Positions 8,456 to 17,356 of a stretch of 48,451 nt of DNA are shown here, in pieces (the stretch's first letter is position 1; the number at the start of each line of letters is the position of its first letter). Source of the stretch: Bdellovibrionota bacterium (GTDB lineage: Bacteria > Bdellovibrionota > UBA1018); contig DATDSK010000036.1 in NCBI GenBank assembly GCA_035291325.1, positions 1 to 48,451 of the forward strand. The letters are read 5' to 3'. A model generated the notes under the pieces. That model did not search any database. It had not been told where the DNA came from and was given only the letters and a program-made list of their open reading frames with translations. Position numbers and translations under genes: made by a program.

Positions 8456-9261
8456 GACTCGAGGTAAGCTTTCCAATCATGCCCGGAGGCGATTCCGGTC
8501 GACTCCAGATGGGTCGCGATCCCCGGAACCGGGACCCAGAGCTTGTATCGGGGCGAAACGAAATTTCTCAGGCCCCCGTGCTTCCAGGCGCGGGCGTAGA
8601 TCGTGAATTCGTCCCAGTTCTTCATGCTGGACACAAGTCTTCGCGGTGAAAATAACCCCATTTTGGTAAGCAGCAACCAGGTCGCCGCGTCCGTTGCGCC
8701 TTGCGCGAAATTAGAAAAAAAGGGCCAGGTCCGGTTGAGAACCGAACGCGTTGTCAGGAATGTAAGACAGGTCGAAGCCGCCGAGCGCCAGGACCGGCCT
8801 TCGAATTCTTGAGTCTCGCTCGGAACCTGGTGCATGGGATGGGAATAATAATCGGGGTGATCGTAAGGGGTTACGAAATCGACATCCCTGCCCTTCCGGA
8901 TGAAATTCACGAGCTGCTGGAACTCTCCCGGCGCATAGCCGTAATCATCTTCGGCGAAATAGACGAGTTCAGCGTCTTCCTGCTCAAGAAGAATTTTTCC
9001 TTGAAGCTGAAAGGTCGAAGCGTTGCCGATTTTATCGGTGTTCACGAAGATAAGCTTCCCGGCGGGATGATGTTTCTCGAATGCCGCCCGGTATTCAGAC
9101 GGGCAACCGTCAAGGATGACCCAGATCTTGGCGTCCAAGCCGGTCAGGCTTCGCGTGAAACTTCGAAACGCGGCTTCGGCAAGCAGAAGCTTATTGTCCT
9201 GATGAAGAATCGGGGTCTTCGAAACCCCCGGGTAAACCCGGTAAGCGATGGCTAAGTCCAT
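8452..9261 (-). CDS. Putative GT-A fold glycosyltransferase
   Basis: 269 aa. It starts [14 protein letters not shown] and carries an acidic FAEDDYGY (DxD-like) motif. The family assignment is by loose resemblance only. Confidence 0.45.
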   Translation of the reverse strand: MDLAIAYRVYPGVSKTPILHQDNKLLLAEAAFRSFTRSLTGLDAKIWVILDGCPSEYRAAFEKHHPAGKLIFVNTDKIGNASTFQLQGKILLEQEDAELVYFAEDDYGYAPGEFQQLVNFIRKGRDVDFVTPYDHPDYYSHPMHQVPSETQEFEGRSWRSAASTCLTFLTTRSVLNRTWPFFSNFAQGATDAATWLLLTKMGLFSPRRLVSSMKNWDEFTIYARAWKHGGLRNFVSPRYKLWVPVPGIATHLESTGIASGHDWKAYLES

Positions 9262-10610
9262 GACTGCATCTTATCCCTGTCCATAAACACCCAAGCAAAC
9301 AAAAAGAACGCCAAAATCATCGCATGATTCAGGACGAACCACGGATGATCGGCGAGCCCCATCACCAGGGTCGCGCAAATCCCGCCGATGAGCGCTGAAG
9401 CAGCCAAGGACCGAACTCGCCAAGTCTGTACGAGTGCGATGAGCCAGAGCGCCAGATGAAAAAGCCCCCAAAGCCAGCCGCGGGCTTTGAATTGCTCCAA
9501 GATGAGGCTGTGCGTGTGGGAGGGGTCGATAATTCCACGTTTTTCGTATTCTTCCTTGGGTGTGCACGCGTGGCCGAGTGGATGCTTCGCGACTTCGGAG
9601 AGGTTGAGTTCATAAAGACGCTTGCGTTGCAGCACCGAGGCATGCGCCGCAGTCGGGGCGCCTCCGGGCGCTGGCCCCACTCCCTCCAGCTTGGCGGAAC
9701 TGGAAAAGAGTGGCGAAACTCTTTTCGAGATCAGGTCCTTGGGTGAGATCAGCAGCACGCCAGCCAAAATACTCGCAAAAACCGCGATGGCGACCGCGAG
9801 GACCCGCTTTCGCCTGGAAATCCACCAGAGATGTCCGAAGAAAGCGAACCAGCCGGCCAACATTCCAATGAAAGGGCCACGCTGCGTCGTCCAGAGGGAA
9901 AGAACAGTTGATAAAATAGCGAAAGGGAAGAACCCGAACGCGATTCGTACGCGCTGCTCGGGCCATCGCTGCCAGAGCGCAAACCCCAGGACCCAAGGGA
10001 GCCACATGAGCAGCTTTCCGAGTGAGGCGACATCATAAAAACCCATGAGGAATTGGAGATCACCACGAGGGGGAATTTTGCGCAGCGGGTCGAAAAGGTG
10101 CGTATTCACCCAGGTCAGCACCTCGGGAGAAATGAAATTGAGAAGAACCGAGCCGTAGACAATGCCTGTCCAACCGATCAGGACCGCAAACAGCCCACGC
10201 TTTCCACACAGGAAAACACTCATCACGGCCGCAACTCCGAGCACCAGAACGGCCCATTCCCGCACGAGCGCAGGCGGAACCGGATTGCACCCAAGTCCGC
10301 CTGTGATTGTCCCGAGAGTTCCGAGCACAAGCCCCGTCAAAAGGACCGTCCTCAGGCGGACGGGCAAATCGGCCCAGCGGGACCACAGCCAGATAAAAAT
10401 GAGAGGGCTCGCCAATTTAAGAGGATTAATCGGCCCGGCATAGCGACCGAGAAATGGCCATTCCGCGTAAAGGGACTGCGAAAGAGCCGTGAATGAGGGG
10501 AACATGCCGAGGATGGCGGTGGCGAGGAGGAGGGGTCTTACCTCACTGAACTTTTGGAGCATTGTCCATTTCGACTCACTAGTGCCCGATTGTGGCAGAC
10601 CGGTATTCAT
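9252..10610 (-). CDS. O-antigen polymerase / ligase-like (Wzy_C-type) polytopic membrane protein
   Basis: 452 aa with about 10-12 hydrophobic segments and a large loop after [15 protein letters not shown]. It sits among glycosyltransferases. Confidence 0.6.
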   Translation of the reverse strand: MNTGLPQSGTSESKWTMLQKFSEVRPLLLATAILGMFPSFTALSQSLYAEWPFLGRYAGPINPLKLASPLIFIWLWSRWADLPVRLRTVLLTGLVLGTLGTITGGLGCNPVPPALVREWAVLVLGVAAVMSVFLCGKRGLFAVLIGWTGIVYGSVLLNFISPEVLTWVNTHLFDPLRKIPPRGDLQFLMGFYDVASLGKLLMWLPWVLGFALWQRWPEQRVRIAFGFFPFAILSTVLSLWTTQRGPFIGMLAGWFAFFGHLWWISRRKRVLAVAIAVFASILAGVLLISPKDLISKRVSPLFSSSAKLEGVGPAPGGAPTAAHASVLQRKRLYELNLSEVAKHPLGHACTPKEEYEKRGIIDPSHTHSLILEQFKARGWLWGLFHLALWLIALVQTWRVRSLAASALIGGICATLVMGLADHPWFVLNHAMILAFFLFAWVFMDRDKMQSWT

Positions 10611-11697
10611 TGCACGCCTCTATGACGGAACTCACCTCTTTTTCAGTCATCGTCGGGTCCATGGGCAAACTCAAAACGGTCCGATGAATTTCTTCAGTAA
10701 TGGGGAAATTCGACAATCTCAATTCTGAATAAGCGTTTTGGTGATGGGGTGGAATGGGGTAATGAATCAAGCTTCCGATGCCTCGAGCGGCAAGATGCTT
10801 CTGAAGACTCTCTCTGTCGGCGGTGCGGACAACAAATAAATGCCAGACGTGGCCATAGCGTTCCGGGCACCCCGGAAGCGTGATCACGGGATTCCGGATC
10901 TCCTTAAGATACCGGTCAGCAATGCTCCTTCTGATCTCATTTTCTGCATCCAGGCAACGAAGCTTTTCGACGAGAATCGCGGCCTGAAGTTCGTCCAGGC
11001 GACTATTCACACCTTTTAGTTCATTTACGTATTTCTGACGTGAACCATAGTTCCGTAAACATCTGACGGTATCGGCGAGAGTGTCATCGTTCGTGGTAAC
11101 AGCCCCTCCATCCCCCAGCGCCCCCAGGTTCTTGCCCGGATAAAAACTGAACCCTGCCGCGTCCCCAAGAGAGCCGATGCGCTGGCCCTGATAGAGTGCG
11201 CCGTGAGCCTGCGCACAATCTTCAAGAACGAACAACGAATGCTCTTTTTTCAACCGGACCAGAGCCGGGCTGAACGCGGCCTGTCCATAAAGATGAACAA
11301 CCAGAACCCCCTTTGTCCGGCTGGAAAGCCTTTCTTCAATTTTCGAAAAATCAAGATTATACGTTTTCGGATCCGGCTCAACGAGAACTGGGACAAGCCG
11401 ATTTGCGGAGATGGCGAGAATGCTCGCGATATAGGTATTCGCGGGAACGATGACCTCATCACCTTCTTTGATCCGGCCCAGTTCCATGTAGCCCCGTAGG
11501 GCGAGGACCAACGCATCAAGACCATTCGCGACGCCCAAAACGTGCTTGACCCCGCAATATGCCGCGAACTGCTTCTCGAAGCCCTCGAGTTCTTTACCGA
11601 GGATGTACCAACCCGAATCAAGAACACGTTCCATGGCCTTCAGAACAGCCGTCCGATGATTGGCATTCACCCTGCGTAGATTCAAAAAATCAATCAA
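10579..11697 (-). CDS. DegT/DnrJ/EryC1-family PLP sugar aminotransferase, FdtB/QdtB-like (dTDP-3-keto-6-deoxyhexose 3-aminotransferase)
   Basis: [49 protein letters not shown]...GLDALVLAL...CAQAHGA...[19 protein letters not shown] start overlaps the upstream TGA (TTGA), and no in-frame ATG preserves the conserved N-terminus. It lies directly downstream of the FdtC-FdtA fusion. Confidence 0.8.
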   Translation of the reverse strand: MIDFLNLRRVNANHRTAVLKAMERVLDSGWYILGKELEGFEKQFAAYCGVKHVLGVANGLDALVLALRGYMELGRIKEGDEVIVPANTYIASILAISANRLVPVLVEPDPKTYNLDFSKIEERLSSRTKGVLVVHLYGQAAFSPALVRLKKEHSLFVLEDCAQAHGALYQGQRIGSLGDAAGFSFYPGKNLGALGDGGAVTTNDDTLADTVRCLRNYGSRQKYVNELKGVNSRLDELQAAILVEKLRCLDAENEIRRSIADRYLKEIRNPVITLPGCPERYGHVWHLFVVRTADRESLQKHLAARGIGSLIHYPIPPHHQNAYSELRLSNFPITEEIHRTVLSLPMDPTMTEKEVSSVIEACNEYRSATIGH

Positions 11698-12632
11698 GTG
11701 CGAACGAGCTCCAGGAATTCGTCGTAATCACGGATGTAATCATTCCGATCGTACGGATCAGAGGCCAAGACCAACAATACGGCATCCGGGGTATACTTAT
11801 ATTGAACACCCCAAACCATTGGCGGAATATGAATGCCGGTCGAGAGATCATCCAGAAGAATCTCCTCCCGATTGCGTCCATCGTCCACCACTACAGAACA
11901 TGAACCTTTGACGCAAATCAAAAACTGATGGCATTTGCGATGGGCGTGCTCTCCGCGAACTTTTTTGCTGGGGACATCAAACACCATGAAGATTCGTTTC
12001 GGCTGGAAAGGTAACCCTTTGGCGTGCTCGAGAACAGCAAGGTTGCCTCTCATATCCTTTACTTCGGAAAGCCGGACCAGTCCCACGCCTTTAACGTTTG
12101 ATTCCCATTTCGAGGAGGCGGTCAGCGGAGCCGCGCTCGCTTTGATTTCGGGAGTTGTGGAATTGACATACCCCGAAACAACCGCAGGGTTGCCGACCAC
12201 GATCGCGTTCGGGGGCACATCACGCGTCACTACTGCGCCCGCTCCGATCATCGCATTCTTGCCTACCGTAATTCCGGGCAGAATGGTCGCATTGGCACCT
12301 ATTGATGCGCCCTTTTGAACGACAGTCTTAAGAAATTTTTCTGGATATTGCTTGCTGCGAGGAAACCGATCATTCGTAAAAGTAACGTTCGGGCCAATGA
12401 AGACATCATCTGCCAGAACTACGCCGTCCCAGAGCTGAACGCCGCATTTTACGGTAACGCGATTCCCGATCGAGACATCATTCTCGACAAAGACCCCGTC
12501 GCAGATATTACATTCGTCTCCGATTTTAGCCCCAGGGAGCACATGAGCAAAAGCCCAGATCCTGGTATTCTGCCCAATGCTCTTGGATTCTACGATCGCT
12601 TTTTCGTGAATAAATGTTCCAGGTAAACTCAT
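11694..12632 (-). CDS. Bifunctional WxcM-like protein: N-terminal left-handed beta-helix N-acetyltransferase (FdtC-like) fused to a C-terminal FdtA-like 3,4-ketoisomerase cupin
   Basis: The N-terminal half shows hexapeptide repeats ([31 protein letters not shown]...IGPNVTF...[25 protein letters not shown]). The C-terminal half reads [58 protein letters not shown], the WxcM C-terminal/FdtA cupin pattern. The start is trimmed to the ATG at 12632; the track start at 12731 would overlap the upstream gene. Confidence 0.75.
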   Translation of the reverse strand: MSLPGTFIHEKAIVESKSIGQNTRIWAFAHVLPGAKIGDECNICDGVFVENDVSIGNRVTVKCGVQLWDGVVLADDVFIGPNVTFTNDRFPRSKQYPEKFLKTVVQKGASIGANATILPGITVGKNAMIGAGAVVTRDVPPNAIVVGNPAVVSGYVNSTTPEIKASAAPLTASSKWESNVKGVGLVRLSEVKDMRGNLAVLEHAKGLPFQPKRIFMVFDVPSKKVRGEHAHRKCHQFLICVKGSCSVVVDDGRNREEILLDDLSTGIHIPPMVWGVQYKYTPDAVLLVLASDPYDRNDYIRDYDEFLELVRT

Positions 12633-12714
12633 CGTGAATTGCTCGCTTATCCGCCTATAACAACCGTCTAGGTCGGGAGAATGCAAGGGAAAACATTTTG
12701 CACCACACAATAGG

Positions 12715-13749
12715 CTAATGCGATCCGACATTCCGGGTTAATTTTAAGAGTTCCTCTTTCAAGGTCGTGCTCCAAATTAACGCCGCCTGCTTTGTCGGGT
12801 GCGCCGAATCGTAGAAATGGCTATTTTCGTTTAAATCTCTGAGGTCCATGTAACGAACCCTCGGATTCGTGAATAGCGGCTTTATTAGCTCGCTCTTCAA
12901 GCTCTCGTAGCTCTTCAAATACAAAGATGCACTCTGATGCCACTTCGGAATGGGGAGATCCAAGATAACGAGCTTCCCGCCATTCTTCTCAACGAGCTGC
13001 GCCAACTCAATGACCGCGTCGAACTGCTCTCTTCCGAGAGAGCCGTCGGGTGATCCCATGTACTCTCGCCAAAAAGCGAACGCCCTCTTCTTAAACTCGT
13101 CATCAACGGAACCCGAATACGGTATTCGTATCTGAATCCCTGACGCCAATACAAATAACCGGCGAAGCAAGGTATACGGGCCAAAAAGGCTCAGATAATG
13201 TAGGCGCAAATCCTGTACCCGGGTCGAAACCGGTAAGATCTGATGATCTTTAAATTCGTAACCACCGTATCGTTTCAGCTCAACCTGAATATCAGTTTGC
13301 TTGCCTGGACCCCAGCGCTTCGCATTTTCTACGAAATTGCCAAACCATATGCCCACAACAAGAGTCGTGTGTTTCCGCTCGTCAGAACTAAGTACCTCGT
13401 ACGTTAATTCCACGATCTGCCGAATCTGGGTGATGTTGGACGCGCCGACCGCAAGATTGTGCACCGAATATTCCGGCAAGGCAGGTTCTATGAGTTCCGG
13501 GCGAAAACCCTCTCGAACGTTCGATGAACCTAAAAGAACAATCTTCTTTCCGCCTGATTTCCTGATCAAATCACGACCCATGACTACGGCGACCGGCTCC
13601 GGGGCAAAAACGTTGTCCGTCAACTCGGTATCGAGACGATTCATTCTACTAACATGAATAGCCAAAGCCCCGGAAAAAACAATATGGATCGCCGCGAACG
13701 AAATCAGTACCCAAGCCAACTTTTCAAAAATGCGCCTGAGATTTTGCAT
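12715..13749 (-). CDS. Membrane-anchored DltD/SGNH-like acyl-transfer or esterase protein (MBOAT partner)
   Basis: It has an N-terminal TM ([21 protein letters not shown]), a candidate nucleophile block [15 protein letters not shown] and a C-terminal FYDSAHPT (D-x-x-H block). The ATG at 13749 shares one base with the MBOAT stop (TGATG). The track start at 13860 lies inside the MBOAT gene. Confidence 0.55.
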   Translation of the reverse strand: MQNLRRIFEKLAWVLISFAAIHIVFSGALAIHVSRMNRLDTELTDNVFAPEPVAVVMGRDLIRKSGGKKIVLLGSSNVREGFRPELIEPALPEYSVHNLAVGASNITQIRQIVELTYEVLSSDERKHTTLVVGIWFGNFVENAKRWGPGKQTDIQVELKRYGGYEFKDHQILPVSTRVQDLRLHYLSLFGPYTLLRRLFVLASGIQIRIPYSGSVDDEFKKRAFAFWREYMGSPDGSLGREQFDAVIELAQLVEKNGGKLVILDLPIPKWHQSASLYLKSYESLKSELIKPLFTNPRVRYMDLRDLNENSHFYDSAHPTKQAALIWSTTLKEELLKLTRNVGSH

Positions 13750-15203
13750 CAAAACGCCTTGTAAACAAACTCGACTGATCGTTTTCCCAAAACCAGTACT
13801 GTGACCAAAGCAAATAGCATCGAGCCAAGATAGAAATGCGCGAATCCCGGCGAAAAACAAAACGCCTGGACCGGCGCAAGCACCCGTTCACGCAAAGCAG
13901 TACTCAGGTACCGGCTGGCGGCGACAATTACTCCCGCCAGAAATGTCAGGAGCAGAAACGCCCCGATCACGCACAGAACACCCATAACGCTCAGAACCCT
14001 TGAGTACAGCTCGTCCGTACCCCAGACACAGACTAGAGCGATGCTAAAATAAGCAAAAGTTCCCCCTGTGCATAGGGCTTTATAATAATCATTTGCGCAA
14101 ATACGTTTGTAAAAAGTCTTACGCATCCTGGCCTGCATGTAATTCTGATAAAGCTTGTTTACGGCAACACCAATACCGAGAAATAAGCCATAAAACAGAA
14201 AGACCCCGGTACTTCCATGCCATAAACCCATCAAAACGAAAGTCACGAAAAACGCAATCACGCCCAATGAGGACCTCGCGGCAGCTCGCGGCGTCAAGTC
14301 TGTAAGCTTTCTTAACAACGGGTTGAACAAATAAGTTCGGAACCAATCCGAAAGCGTGATATGCCACCGCGACCAAAAATCCAAAAAATTAGAAGCCGCG
14401 AAAGGCGCATTGAAATTCTCCGGCAGCCTGAATCCCGCCAGGGTTCCAAACCCAACCACGACATCCATATATCCTCTGAAGTTGATATAAAGAAAAAGGG
14501 TGTAACTCGCGGACGCGAGAGCGAACGAAATCACCCAGGCGGGAGAACCCAAGGGAATACCAAGAGCTAAATTCGCAATATTTTGCGAATGGGAAAAAGG
14601 CATTTTCTGGATTAGGCTGCAGATAACAAGTAACTCCAGATAACCCATCAGAATACGGCCGAACGCTGTCAAAACTTCCTTGTCAGTCAATTCAAGCCGT
14701 CCTAGCCCGTCATCCTGCTTCGCGTAATCCTGATATCGCTGAATGGGGCCCGACAGGAAAGTCAGGAAAAGGCACATGTAATTGAAATATCGAATAATGG
14801 TAATCCGCTCATTTATCGCGCCTTGGGACACGTCCACCAAGAGATGAATCAACCTGAACAAGAAATACGAGAGGCCCACAACGGTGTACTCGGTCGGAAT
14901 CTGTGGAACCCGGTCAAGAATGGAATATTTTTTGAGAAAGACGAAAAAGAGAATCGTAGACACAAGTTGAAATGTGATCACAACACCGCGCGGCCTGCGC
15001 TGCGAAACCCAAACAAGCAGATACCCGTAGGTTAGAAACAGAAAGATGGCAATTCCGTGTGAAAACAACGGCAGAAAGGAAAGTATAAAAACCAGATTCA
15101 CCGCCGCTAGCGAAAAACCCTTCTGCCATTCCCGATTAGAAAGATTCAACAGGATAATGGCCCCGAAGACAAGCAAAAGGAAATCAAACGACGCAATTGC
15201 CAT
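13749..15203 (-). CDS. Membrane-bound O-acyltransferase (MBOAT; DltB/AlgI/PatA family)
   Basis: Polytopic, with the family signature FWSRWHITLSDWFRTYLFNPL and a later WHG. The track start at 15224 is TTG. The ATG at 15203 lies 1 nt after the ACP stop. Confidence 0.85.
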   Translation of the reverse strand: MAIASFDFLLLVFGAIILLNLSNREWQKGFSLAAVNLVFILSFLPLFSHGIAIFLFLTYGYLLVWVSQRRPRGVVITFQLVSTILFFVFLKKYSILDRVPQIPTEYTVVGLSYFLFRLIHLLVDVSQGAINERITIIRYFNYMCLFLTFLSGPIQRYQDYAKQDDGLGRLELTDKEVLTAFGRILMGYLELLVICSLIQKMPFSHSQNIANLALGIPLGSPAWVISFALASASYTLFLYINFRGYMDVVVGFGTLAGFRLPENFNAPFAASNFLDFWSRWHITLSDWFRTYLFNPLLRKLTDLTPRAAARSSLGVIAFFVTFVLMGLWHGSTGVFLFYGLFLGIGVAVNKLYQNYMQARMRKTFYKRICANDYYKALCTGGTFAYFSIALVCVWGTDELYSRVLSVMGVLCVIGAFLLLTFLAGVIVAASRYLSTALRERVLAPVQAFCFSPGFAHFYLGSMLFALVTVLVLGKRSVEFVYKAF

Positions 15204-15204
15204 T

Positions 15205-15456
15205 TTACTTCGTTGCGCGTTCAACCAGAATGTCGATCATCGCACCAACATCTTGAAGCCTTCCAACCTCCGCGGCGTTCAGCCTGAGCCCGAATTCTTT
15301 TTCGATCGTGACGACCAGGGAAATATGCATGATGGAATCCCAGCCATCGATATCAGCGGCCGTCGTCCTTTCGGACAAATTAATTGCGAAGTCGTCAAAA
15401 ACTTCGATAAAAATCTGATTTAGCCTTTGAAGAATGTGCTTCCTATCTCGATTCAT
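15205..15456 (-). CDS. Acyl/peptidyl carrier protein (DltC-like size and position)
   Basis: 83 aa. The phosphopantetheine-site motif is ADIDGWDSIMHISLVVTIEKEFG (DS Ser followed by helix II). It lies directly upstream of the MBOAT. Confidence 0.8.
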   Translation of the reverse strand: MNRDRKHILQRLNQIFIEVFDDFAINLSERTTAADIDGWDSIMHISLVVTIEKEFGLRLNAAEVGRLQDVGAMIDILVERATK

Positions 15457-15487
15457 TTTCGTTCTCCAATTCTGTTTGCCCCAAAAC

Positions 15488-17356
15488 TCAATACACCGGA
15501 ATCTGGCGGATAGAGGTATCCCGCATTTTGAGATCAGGACTCAGAGTTAAGACCCATCTCGTCGAAGAGGGCGACTGATCCAGCATCGAATAACCCAGCC
15601 TCTCGTAAAGCCCCGCGACAAGAGTGTTCTTCTTAGTCGGAACAAATACGCCAATGATGCGTTCCGCACCGAGATTTTTTGCGGACAAAATAATTTCGTT
15701 ATTCACGAATTCTTCCATTCCCCGGGACAACACACGGCAACTCATGACCCAGGTATCGACTAGGACGTCAACGCCGCTTTTGCGCAAAATCACGACAGAT
15801 ATCAGGCCATTGTCGCCGAACCGATCTCGCATTTTAAAGAAGCGGCAGACGACATTCGGGTCTTTTGAAAGCGCTTGGATATCAGCTTCAGAGTATCGAT
15901 TTCCGGTAAGATGAAATTGATTGCTCTTATTAATGAGTTGGGCCATGCGCGGGAGATTCAGCTGATCGACGTGACCAACACAAGCTTCCATTTCTAAGCT
16001 TTCGAGGAATTCAGATATATTTGAGAACTTCGTTTGGAAAGCTTTCCGCTCAGCATTATCTCGATACATCTGATTTCGTGCGCCATCCTCCTGAGAGAAG
16101 GTCACCGTTTCAAAGAGCAGTTCTCGATCCAAAGCACGAATATAAAGGGCGGGATCTTCGGGCAATTCGGGAACAGTCACCTCGGGAACCATTCGCCGGA
16201 CCAGGTCTCGTTCAACAGGATTATCATCCACGAAAACGAACGAATCCAACCCGAGTTCCAGAACTTGCGCAATATGCCTGATATTGTCAGCCTTGTTATC
16301 CCAATTAGCCCTGAAGACGGCAATATCATCCAGCCTCAACACCATATCGGGATGATTTTGAAACGGCAATCTTGCGGCATCCGGCTCGTTCTTCGAACAG
16401 ACGGCGAGCACGATCCCTCGGTTTTTCAGCTGCTTCAGATATCGCTGAAAAGCAACGAAAGCTTCGCCATCAGCGCCCGTCCCCAGACGTATCCCGCTGA
16501 CGCCGTCATCACCAATAACACCGCCCCAAAGGGTGTTATCCAAATCCAAAACAAGAACTTTTTTGGAGGCCCCCTTGATCGCCTGAATCAGCCGAGCCCC
16601 GGAAAACGCGACATGCCCAATCGCGTCGAACGAAAAAGCGTGTTTTGAATGATACCAATAGCGTTCGTCAAACCATCTGTTCTTTCCGTAAATTGCTGAA
16701 GCAAACTCCAGGTCAAAAACGGAAACCCCCGAAACCAAAGATCTTGCGAGACAGAGATTATATTCGCGCAAAGCATTCGCCCTGCTCCAAAGCACCGAAC
16801 TTTCGTAGTTTCCGAAGCTCCGCGAAAGAGGCAGATCAGCATTATTTTGAATAATAAATGCTGATGAATTGCGCTTCAGTGCATCCCAGATCGCAACTGA
16901 AGCCTCCACGGCCTGATCGATCTCTCTCCTGATACCGTCAATTGAAGTACCCGACGAAATCTCCAATCTTACATCCCTGTGATTCGTAAAAAGCCAGACC
17001 ACGGCGGGGTTAAAGGCATACAAATCGCTACACGGATCTAAAACCGTCTGATGGAGAGTGTCATAAGCCCCAACAAAAAATTGGCCCCTATACCCATTGA
17101 GAGCCAACCAGAAACAAAAAACATCGACGAATTGATCCACAGTGCTTGTAGGCAAAATCGCAATCGAGATCGGACGCAAATTAAGGTGTTCAGCATCGAT
17201 CGAGCGATAGACCTTCGCAAGCCGCTGCTGAACCGGAAATTCGAGCCCGGGGTCCGCCAGAGTCCGAAGTTTCGCGAATGCCTCGCGATGCCTGGACTCC
17301 TTCAGCAAACGTTGAACTTCTTTCAACCCCGATTTGAATTCTTCGCTTCCAATCAT
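15488..17356 (-). CDS. FkbH-like protein (HAD-superfamily subfamily IIIC phosphatase domain plus C-terminal acyltransferase-like domain)
   Basis: The central block reads KKVLVLDLDNTLWGGVIGDDGVSGIRLG...GIVLAVCSKNEPDAA...ANWDNKADNIRHIAQVLELGLDSFVFVDDNPVERD, which is the HAD-IIIC/FkbH signature. The C-terminal part (WVMSCRVLSRGMEEF) is typical of the family. The ATG overlaps the radical SAM stop (ATGA). Confidence 0.8.
   Translation of the reverse strand: MIGSEEFKSGLKEVQRLLKESRHREAFAKLRTLADPGLEFPVQQRLAKVYRSIDAEHLNLRPISIAILPTSTVDQFVDVFCFWLALNGYRGQFFVGAYDTLHQTVLDPCSDLYAFNPAVVWLFTNHRDVRLEISSGTSIDGIRREIDQAVEASVAIWDALKRNSSAFIIQNNADLPLSRSFGNYESSVLWSRANALREYNLCLARSLVSGVSVFDLEFASAIYGKNRWFDERYWYHSKHAFSFDAIGHVAFSGARLIQAIKGASKKVLVLDLDNTLWGGVIGDDGVSGIRLGTGADGEAFVAFQRYLKQLKNRGIVLAVCSKNEPDAARLPFQNHPDMVLRLDDIAVFRANWDNKADNIRHIAQVLELGLDSFVFVDDNPVERDLVRRMVPEVTVPELPEDPALYIRALDRELLFETVTFSQEDGARNQMYRDNAERKAFQTKFSNISEFLESLEMEACVGHVDQLNLPRMAQLINKSNQFHLTGNRYSEADIQALSKDPNVVCRFFKMRDRFGDNGLISVVILRKSGVDVLVDTWVMSCRVLSRGMEEFVNNEIILSAKNLGAERIIGVFVPTKKNTLVAGLYERLGYSMLDQSPSSTRWVLTLSPDLKMRDTSIRQIPVY

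Noticed and set aside
16034-16648. 204-aa plus-strand ORF inside the FkbH-like gene
   Set aside because: It is antisense to a frame carrying the unmistakable HAD-IIIC/FkbH signature. I recognised no motif of its own.
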